The notes under the pieces were generated by a model that searched no databases, had not been told where the DNA came from, and saw only the letters and a program-made list of their open reading frames with translations. A stretch of 64,000 bases of DNA, from positions 64,463-128,462 of the IMG/VR virus record IMGVR_UViG_3300025141_008848, one strand, 5' to 3'. Origin of the DNA: a virus. Numbering within the stretch: the first letter of the stretch is position 1; each line of letters starts with the position of its first letter. Made by a program: the position numbers and the translations under genes. This document shows, in pieces, positions 58,140 to 64,000 of this stretch.

Positions 58140-58610
58140 ATGGAAAGAAGAAGACTATTACCAGAACAATTTTTAAAATACGTAACTAAACCCGTAAGTC
58201 GCGATGATGTTAACTTATGGGTTAGAATTAATGGTATAGGGATAGAAAAAATAAATTTATTTGGTGAGTACTTAACTTTTTTATATAGTTTAATAGTAGA
58301 TACGTATTTGGGGAAAGATACTATTACAACTGATGAGGAAATTGAAGGACATTTTAATTGGTGTTGGAAAAAAATTATAAATAATTTTAGAGAAGAAAAC
58401 ATTATCTTTAAAAATGAAGGAAAACATAAAGAATATTTCTTTAATTTTTTTTACGAATCTTTTTATAAAGGGAAAGAAGAACAAATAGAAAAAATTGACT
58501 CATTTTTAAATATATTATTTGTGTTACATATAACTAAAACAAAGTCCGAATTAGATATGTTATTAGAAATGTACACTATTTTAAATGATAACTTGACAGT
58601 TAAGAAATAA
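58140..58610 (+). CDS. Hypothetical protein
   Basis: Likely start ATG 58140 rather than 58062; DTYLG...HFNWCWKK block. Confidence 0.65.
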   Translation: MERRRLLPEQFLKYVTKPVSRDDVNLWVRINGIGIEKINLFGEYLTFLYSLIVDTYLGKDTITTDEEIEGHFNWCWKKIINNFREENIIFKNEGKHKEYFFNFFYESFYKGKEEQIEKIDSFLNILFVLHITKTKSELDMLLEMYTILNDNLTVKK

Positions 58611-58623
58611 TTTTATAGAATTA
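58593..58623 (+). promoter_or_regulatory. Putative -33/-7 promoter
   Basis: TTGA-N19-TAGAATTA, 4 nt before ATG 58628. Confidence 0.55.
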
Positions 58624-58627
58624 ACAC

Positions 58628-58831
58628 ATGAGAATAATTACTATTATCAATAATGAACTGGTCAGCCAAAAACAAAAATTGGAAGCTGAACTAGAAAGAG
58701 TATTAAACTTACCAACAATTACAACTGAAGATAAATTAAAAAAATCTTTGGAACTAATAAATAAATTAAGTGGGGTAAACGCAAGTTTTGCTACTTGGGA
58801 ATCCTACCAGAGTAAAGAAAAACAAAAATAA
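58628..58831 (+). CDS. Hypothetical protein
   Basis: 67-aa helical ORF with matching upstream promoter geometry. Confidence 0.6.
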   Translation: MRIITIINNELVSQKQKLEAELERVLNLPTITTEDKLKKSLELINKLSGVNASFATWESYQSKEKQK

Positions 58832-58832
58832 T

Positions 58833-59006
58833 ATGGAAACATTAACACAATTAGAAACACTAGTGACATCTATTAAAGTAGATGCTGAAAAATTTTTTGA
58901 TAAAAAAAATAAAAGTGCTGGTATTAGAGCCAGAAAATCTGCACAAGAATTAAAAGGAGTATTACAAATACTAAGAAAAGAGATTTTAGAAGAAAGTAAA
59001 AAATAA
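58833..59006 (+). CDS. Histone H1-like protein, Hc1 family
   Basis: DAEKFFDKKNKSAGIRARKSAQELK matches the Hc1 core; ATG at 58833. Confidence 0.8.
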   Translation: METLTQLETLVTSIKVDAEKFFDKKNKSAGIRARKSAQELKGVLQILRKEILEESKK

Positions 59007-59186
59007 ATGATACACTGGGGATTTACATTAGTTTTTATATTTTCTTTATTGGTAGTAACTAGAAATACGGTACTACTAATAAGAAAATTATATTCTGCCG
59101 AACCAACGACCTACGTATTACCAAAAGAAGAATTGGTATTATTAGGGGTGAGTTTATCTTACATTATAACCTACTTAATAAATTAA
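59007..59186 (+). CDS. Small two-TM membrane protein (59 aa, missing from ORF track)
   Basis: MIHWGFTLVFIFSLLVVTR...ELVLLGVSLSYIITYLIN*; exactly fills the gap between flanking genes. Confidence 0.7.
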   Translation: MIHWGFTLVFIFSLLVVTRNTVLLIRKLYSAEPTTYVLPKEELVLLGVSLSYIITYLIN

Positions 59187-59609
59187 ATGAAATTATACGA
59201 TAATATATTAGAATTTGGGGATTTATTTCATAGCATTAGAAAACATGATGATTTTCTAGTTGTTGATTTAAAATTACCTGTTGGTTGGGAAGATAAAAAG
59301 ATAATTGATAGTAGGGGTAGTAAAATACAAATGAAGAGTGCGGATAGTAACGATACCCATAAATTGGTGTCCTTTTTTAATTTATATACCTCAGAGGAAT
59401 GTGGGGTACTCGTAGGAGAGATAAAATCTATAATTAAATGGAATAAGGACGTAGAAGAAAAGAATAACTTATTAAGCCTAAAAATGTTAGAGTTAAAAAA
59501 AGTATTCTCGGAAAATGATGTAGCAGCTTTAAGAAAATTAGATTTTGAGTTTAACAAGGATAAAATAAGTTTAAATGGAGAAGAAGAAAATAGAGGACTG
59601 GTTCCGTAA
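59187..59609 (+). CDS. Hypothetical protein
   Basis: 140-aa ORF abutting the upstream stop. Confidence 0.65.
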   Translation: MKLYDNILEFGDLFHSIRKHDDFLVVDLKLPVGWEDKKIIDSRGSKIQMKSADSNDTHKLVSFFNLYTSEECGVLVGEIKSIIKWNKDVEEKNNLLSLKMLELKKVFSENDVAALRKLDFEFNKDKISLNGEEENRGLVP

Positions 59610-59781
59610 GGAAGTAGCGAAAGACCATAGGGAAGTCCTCCAACATAAGAGAAAGGTAATTGAAGAGATAAAGAAAAGCAGCATCCAAGAGTTTTTGGAT
59701 AAAAGAAAAATTACTGAAAAAGAACCAAAAAAAGAAAATAAATCGTGGTGGAAGAAAATCAAAAATATTCTAAAGTACTAG
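59575..59781 (+). CDS. Hypothetical basic protein
   Basis: 68-aa ORF overlapping both neighbours. Confidence 0.55.
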   Translation: MEKKKIEDWFRKEVAKDHREVLQHKRKVIEEIKKSSIQEFLDKRKITEKEPKKENKSWWKKIKNILKY

Positions 59782-59981
59782 AAGATTGTGCTCAACTGTC
59801 CAAAACTATTCACGATAATCCATATTTAAAAACCGGCCAAGTCACTTTAATGGTGGATGATGTAAAATTTGGTGAAATTCTATCAGAAATCGAAGAATTT
59901 GTGAGGATAAAAGTGGATAAAACACAAAACAAAATATCTATAGATATTGGGGATACAGAATTTATATTTATACGAGACTAA
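59745..59981 (+). CDS. Hypothetical protein
   Basis: 78-aa ORF with GTG start. Confidence 0.55.
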   Translation: MVEENQKYSKVLEDCAQLSKTIHDNPYLKTGQVTLMVDDVKFGEILSEIEEFVRIKVDKTQNKISIDIGDTEFIFIRD

Positions 59982-60613
59982 TAGGTGAACTGTTTCCTTA
60001 AAAATCCTCTACTATATCCCGCACTTTCTAATAAATTATATAATTGTTTCCGTTGAATTGTGTTAGTGTCAACAACAAATAAACAATCATACCTACCCTT
60101 ATTTAAATATTCTAATTCTATAACGGTTAATAATCTTAAAGCGTCGGAAACGGTCTTTAAACTAAATACATTAAATAAGTCATCTTTCTGTATTATTACT
60201 TTATTATTTAAAGTAAAAACTTGTTTAAAAGACTTATCCTCCAAATAAAGAGACATTAACCCCTCAAAACTAACTTTCTTACTTAATGTATGGTCATAAA
60301 TCTTTTCCTCTTTCCAGTAAGGCAGCATTTTTATGAAGGTATAATCCGAATCCCCCAGAGTCACCTCCCGAGTCCTACCAACAGAATCTTTTACATGTAG
60401 AGTATTTTCACTAAGTTCAGTAGTGATAATAGCAAGCTCAAACATTACCTTTTTTCTAGAAATATATTCTGTCACAAACTTAGGTTTCTTTTCCTCAATA
60501 AGTTTAGTATACTTACGAAAGATACTTTTTTTACTGTTGGAAGAAAAAAATACTTTATTTCTTTCACCATTTTTAAATAAAACAATTTTATATTTATTTC
60601 GATTATAAGTCAT
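59978..60613 (-). CDS. Hypothetical protein
   Basis: 211-aa minus-strand ORF with no competing long plus-strand ORF. Confidence 0.7.
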   Translation of the reverse strand: MTYNRNKYKIVLFKNGERNKVFFSSNSKKSIFRKYTKLIEEKKPKFVTEYISRKKVMFELAIITTELSENTLHVKDSVGRTREVTLGDSDYTFIKMLPYWKEEKIYDHTLSKKVSFEGLMSLYLEDKSFKQVFTLNNKVIIQKDDLFNVFSLKTVSDALRLLTVIELEYLNKGRYDCLFVVDTNTIQRKQLYNLLESAGYSRGFLRKQFTY

Positions 60614-61627
60614 ATGAACAAAGATTACTACAAAATTCTAAATATCAATAGAAACGCCACCCAAGATGATATAAAAAAGTCATTTAGAACTTTATCCAAA
60701 ACTCACCACCCAGATAAAGGCGGTGATGAAAATACATTTAAAGAAATTTCAGAAGCCTATGATACTTTAGGTGATGGTAATAAACGTGCAGACTATGATA
60801 ATAAACTAAATAATCCTTTTCATGGGAGACAACACCACAGTAGAGGACCTAGTATGGACGACGTCTTCAATCAGTTTTTTCGTCAGAACCAACACCAACA
60901 CCAACAACGAAGAAAAGGAAGGAATTTAAGTATATCCTTAAAAGTTAGTTTGGAGGATGTTTATTTTGGGAAGGTTAAAAAATTAAAATATAATAGAGAA
61001 ATGAAGTGTGGCACATGTAGTGGTAGTGGTGGTAATGTTCACACATGTCATATCTGTAAGGGTAGTGGTCATATAGAAAATATGGTAGGGAATGCATTTT
61101 TTAGGCAAATACGTAGAGATGTGTGTACACAATGTAATGGTGCAGGGAAGATAGTGGTACAAGCATGTAAGGTGTGTGTGGGGAAAGGGACTCAAACGAG
61201 ACCCAATACTGTAGACTTTAACACACCAACCAATCTTATGACAGGTCAAGTGTATAATTTTAGAGGTTTGGGTGATGATATCGAAAATGGGCAGTCAGGA
61301 GACTTAAGTGTGCAAGTAGTGATAGAAAGACACCCCCATTTTAAAATAGTAGGTAATGATATACTATACCACGTTAATATTCCTATAACTAAAATGTTGT
61401 TAGGTACCGAAATAGAAATACCGTTCTTTACTGGACCACTCAAGGCTAAAATCCCACCATTAAGCAATTTAACACAAAAGTTTAATATAAAGGGGAAAGG
61501 AATGGCCACAAATTTAGGTGCGGGAGATTTGGTAATAGACCCAACAGTTATAATGCCTACTGTGTTAAATCAGGAAGAAATAGAAACCCTAAAGAGTTTA
61601 GATATAAAAGATAATTTTAAAATATAG
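60614..61627 (+). CDS. dnaJ: Chaperone DnaJ (class A)
   Basis: DYYKIL...HHPDKGG J-domain, four CxxCxGxG zinc motifs, GDL C-terminal domains. Confidence 0.95.
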   Translation: MNKDYYKILNINRNATQDDIKKSFRTLSKTHHPDKGGDENTFKEISEAYDTLGDGNKRADYDNKLNNPFHGRQHHSRGPSMDDVFNQFFRQNQHQHQQRRKGRNLSISLKVSLEDVYFGKVKKLKYNREMKCGTCSGSGGNVHTCHICKGSGHIENMVGNAFFRQIRRDVCTQCNGAGKIVVQACKVCVGKGTQTRPNTVDFNTPTNLMTGQVYNFRGLGDDIENGQSGDLSVQVVIERHPHFKIVGNDILYHVNIPITKMLLGTEIEIPFFTGPLKAKIPPLSNLTQKFNIKGKGMATNLGAGDLVIDPTVIMPTVLNQEEIETLKSLDIKDNFKI

Positions 61628-61832
61628 AAATTAAAAATCTAACTATGCTAATGTAACCTACAATTAAAGGAAACCAAGCAAAAACAAAAATAATAAAACG
61701 TTCGTCACTTTTAAGTTTGCCCATAGATTTATTCCATACTCTACCTAAAATTTCTTCCTTTTTTTCATTTAACCCATTAGGGTCCATTTTTTTAAAGTGC
61801 TCCTTAGATTTTTTACAATTAGTACAAGCCAT
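61617..61832 (-). CDS. Small membrane protein with N-terminal CxxC
   Basis: MACTNCKK...C-terminal hydrophobic helix; minus-strand TATTTAT at 61849-61855. Confidence 0.6.
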   Translation of the reverse strand: MACTNCKKSKEHFKKMDPNGLNEKKEEILGRVWNKSMGKLKSDERFIIFVFAWFPLIVGYISIVRFLISIF

Positions 61833-61880
61833 AATTTTTTATTTAAAGATAAATATCTTCTTTTAACAAGTAAATAAAAC

Positions 61881-61911
61881 TTGAAATCTTGATTAAAATA
61901 TGTTATTATTG
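61881..61911 (+). promoter_or_regulatory. Putative -33/-7 promoter
   Basis: TTGA-N19-TATTATTG, 4 nt before ATG 61916. Confidence 0.6.
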
Positions 61912-61915
61912 AACC

Positions 61916-63091
61916 ATGGGAGAACAAACAACAATATTCGATATTATAGAAAATGAAGAGGTTTTTGACTTTGGAGGACAAAAACAAAATCTAATAGACA
62001 ATCTAGATATGTTAAAGGAAATGTCAGTAGAGGAACAAACACTTTATAAAAAGTGGCAAGAAATGAATAAGGGTGGTAAAATGGCCAAGGTAAAAAATAA
62101 ATTATATAGTTACCGAACAAATCTATGGGTACCATCCGATTTAGATGACTTAACCCACACAATAAAACAAATTGAAGATTTAGAACCTTATGTTGAAATG
62201 GCAACTCCAGGTAAAGGTGTTACAGAATGGGTAAACTATCGTAAACTCATCCACACAATGGAATGGGTTGCAAATCCTGGACGTAATATGAAATTCTGGG
62301 TAAGAGATAGGAAAACAGATAAAGTCCTTGGTTTGATTTGTTTAGGGTCTGATGTTACTAGTATTAAAGTTAGAGATGCCTACATAGGGTGGGATAAAAC
62401 AAACAAATTCGACCAACACAAACTAAACAATACAGCTATAGCTACAACGATATGTTCCACACAACCAGGTGGGTACAATATGTTAATGGGTAAATTAATA
62501 GCAGCCTTAACCACTTGTAAAACAATAAGAGATGCTTGGGAAGAAAAGTACGGTGATAAATTAATTGCTGTAGGAACGACAGCACTGTATGGAATCAACT
62601 CAATGTACAATGGAATGCCACACTTCAAAACAATGGGTGAAACCTCAGGTAAAGTTAGGTTAAAACCTGATGATAGTGCATACCTACCATGGAACAAATG
62701 GTTAAAGGAGAATCACCCAGAAGAACACGCGAAAGCTATAAGTGCTACAGGACCTAAACAGAACATACTTAACAAAGTTTTTAAACATTGTGGGATAAAG
62801 GGGTCAGAATACGACCATGGATTCAAGAGAGGGGTCTATCTTGCAATGATGTACGATAATGGTTGTGAGTTCTTACGAGGAGAGATAGAAGAAAAGGAAT
62901 TAAAAATAAAGAAAAAATTCCAAGATGATATCCCATACACAGATAAGTGGTGGAAGAAAAAAGCAATTAGGAGATATAAAAATATGTATGAACAAGATAG
63001 GATTAAACCAGAACAGTTATTTTATTGGGATGTAATTGATTTATCTTGGGAAGACACAAAAAATAAATACATAAAAGAAGTAGGAAGATAA
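61916..63091 (+). CDS. DUF4338 / Druantia DruA-like protein
   Basis: NPGRNMKFWVRD...LGLICLGSD...RDAYIGW, QPGGYNMLMGKLIA, TTALYG..SMYN. Confidence 0.7.
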   Translation: MGEQTTIFDIIENEEVFDFGGQKQNLIDNLDMLKEMSVEEQTLYKKWQEMNKGGKMAKVKNKLYSYRTNLWVPSDLDDLTHTIKQIEDLEPYVEMATPGKGVTEWVNYRKLIHTMEWVANPGRNMKFWVRDRKTDKVLGLICLGSDVTSIKVRDAYIGWDKTNKFDQHKLNNTAIATTICSTQPGGYNMLMGKLIAALTTCKTIRDAWEEKYGDKLIAVGTTALYGINSMYNGMPHFKTMGETSGKVRLKPDDSAYLPWNKWLKENHPEEHAKAISATGPKQNILNKVFKHCGIKGSEYDHGFKRGVYLAMMYDNGCEFLRGEIEEKELKIKKKFQDDIPYTDKWWKKKAIRRYKNMYEQDRIKPEQLFYWDVIDLSWEDTKNKYIKEVGR

Positions 63092-63092
63092 T

Positions 63093-63287
63093 ATGATACA
63101 AACCACACTATTAATAGCTTTATTTATCCTAGAAGTGGTCGCTTTTGGGTGGTTAATCTGGGAAGCAAAAACAGGTAGAGAAAAAAGAGAACAGATAATT
63201 CACCTGGAAACACAAATACTAAAACTAGAAAAAGTTATAATATCAATGGAAAAAACAATAATTAAAAAATTAGATAAAAAAAAATAA
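63093..63287 (+). CDS. Small membrane-anchored coiled-coil protein
   Basis: N-terminal TM helix followed by a heptad pattern. Confidence 0.55.
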   Translation: MIQTTLLIALFILEVVAFGWLIWEAKTGREKREQIIHLETQILKLEKVIISMEKTIIKKLDKKK

Positions 63288-63288
63288 A

Positions 63289-63849
63289 ATGGAAGAAACA
63301 TTAATTTACACACAACATTACTCCAACAGTATAACTGAAGTTTACTTAACAGAAGATAACAAAACCGTTATCCAAAAAAAATGTCTTTACTCATCTTGTG
63401 GTGAATATAAATATAAACTTGAGGAATATCTGGAGAAGAAAATGGTGGGGTATAGACAAATTAGAAAACGAGTTAATAAAACAAATTACGTTTTAGATAT
63501 TGATGGAACACTCTGTGAAGATATCCCTAACGAACAATTCGAAAGAATGGCAACCGCAAAACCACACCACAATGCGATAGAAACAATTAATAAGTGGTAT
63601 GAAGAGGGGAATATTATTACATTTTTTACGTCTAGAAAAGAAGAACATAGAGAAATCACAGAACAATGGTTAAGGGATAATGAAGTAAGATGGACTCATC
63701 TAATTTTCGGTAAACCAAGAATTGATGGTGATGTAACAGCATATCACTACATCGATAATCATAAAGTAAGAGCGACTAGATATAAAGAAGAGAGTATTTG
63801 GGGGGACCTAGTAAGTACAACAAAAGAAATAAAAGTTTTTCCTAAGTAA
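63289..63849 (+). CDS. HAD-superfamily phosphatase
   Basis: LDIDGTL (motif I), FFTSR (II), FGKP (III), YIDN (IV). Confidence 0.8.
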   Translation: MEETLIYTQHYSNSITEVYLTEDNKTVIQKKCLYSSCGEYKYKLEEYLEKKMVGYRQIRKRVNKTNYVLDIDGTLCEDIPNEQFERMATAKPHHNAIETINKWYEEGNIITFFTSRKEEHREITEQWLRDNEVRWTHLIFGKPRIDGDVTAYHYIDNHKVRATRYKEESIWGDLVSTTKEIKVFPK

Positions 63850-63873
63850 CACAATAAAATAATAAAAAATTCG

Positions 63874-63881
63874 TATATTTG
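63874..63881 (+). promoter_or_regulatory. Bacteroidota -7 element TATATTTG
   Basis: Exact TAnnTTTG, 4 nt before ATG 63886; no TTGA at the -33 position. Confidence 0.55.
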
Positions 63882-63885
63882 TAAT

Positions 63886-64000
63886 ATGGAAACAAAAGAA
63901 AATTCAAACTGGGACACATACGACTTCCAAGACTGGGTTGTTAGACATGTTAACCTTATCTTAGGGGGAAGAGAATTAGATTTATTTATGAGAAATAATT
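63886..64000 (+). CDS. Hypothetical protein (3' truncated)
   Basis: METKENSNWDTYDFQDWVVRHVNLILGGRELDLFMRNN..., open to the window end. Confidence 0.55.
   Translation, partial: METKENSNWDTYDFQDWVVRHVNLILGGRELDLFMRNN

Noticed and set aside
55022-58832. Track start positions 55022, 58062 and 58788
   Set aside because: They overlap upstream genes with atypical sequence; downstream ATGs at 55079, 58140 and 58833 fit better.
400-62697. Many 60-220 aa minus-strand or alternate-frame ORFs in the track (e.g. 4592-5143, 50735-51406, 56817-57353)
   Set aside because: They lie within well-supported genes, have the Ser/Phe/Leu/Ile-rich composition of antisense shadows and show no motifs.
1-64000. Stop-codon reassignment, as seen in some large phages
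   Set aside because: Standard-code ORFs tile the window densely and conserved enzymes are full length; TAG and TGA act as normal stops (e.g. 45389, 54546, 61627).
1-64000. CRISPR array, tRNA, rRNA or structured ncRNA
   Set aside because: Intergenic gaps are at most ~140 nt and none shows spaced direct repeats or a cloverleaf by eye.

Overview
AT-rich, gene-dense 64 kb segment of a large T4-like (contractile-tail) bacteriophage, almost entirely on the + strand. The host is probably a Bacteroidota bacterium: the phage carries a Bacteroidota-type primary sigma-70 homologue, TAnnTTTG-like -7 promoter elements and an Hc1-like protein, and its start regions lack Shine-Dalgarno sites. Gene order: replicative helicase and class II ribonucleotide reductase (1-3.5 kb); a baseplate/tail module (3.6-40.6 kb) with gp25- and gp6-like wedge genes, a 2991-aa cysteine-rich repeat protein followed by a nucleotidyltransferase-like gene, and a family of tail-fibre-anchor paralogues, one with a dockerin-like pair; a replication/recombination block (RuvC-like, primase, PD-(D/E)XK nuclease, SbcD/SbcC) interrupted by a ParB-TM fusion, a DegT aminotransferase, a GT2 and an M23 peptidase; then glutaredoxin, sigma factor, a possible lysis cluster, DnaJ, a DUF4338/DruA-like protein and a HAD phosphatase. 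The most notable items are (1) the giant Cys-rich protein and NTase, which appear to have split a conserved structural gene, and (2) a fixed TTGA-N19-TAnnWTTR-N4-ATG promoter geometry suggesting leaderless transcripts, alongside a sigma54-like site on the phage sigma gene. All family calls come from motif recognition by eye; no searches were run.
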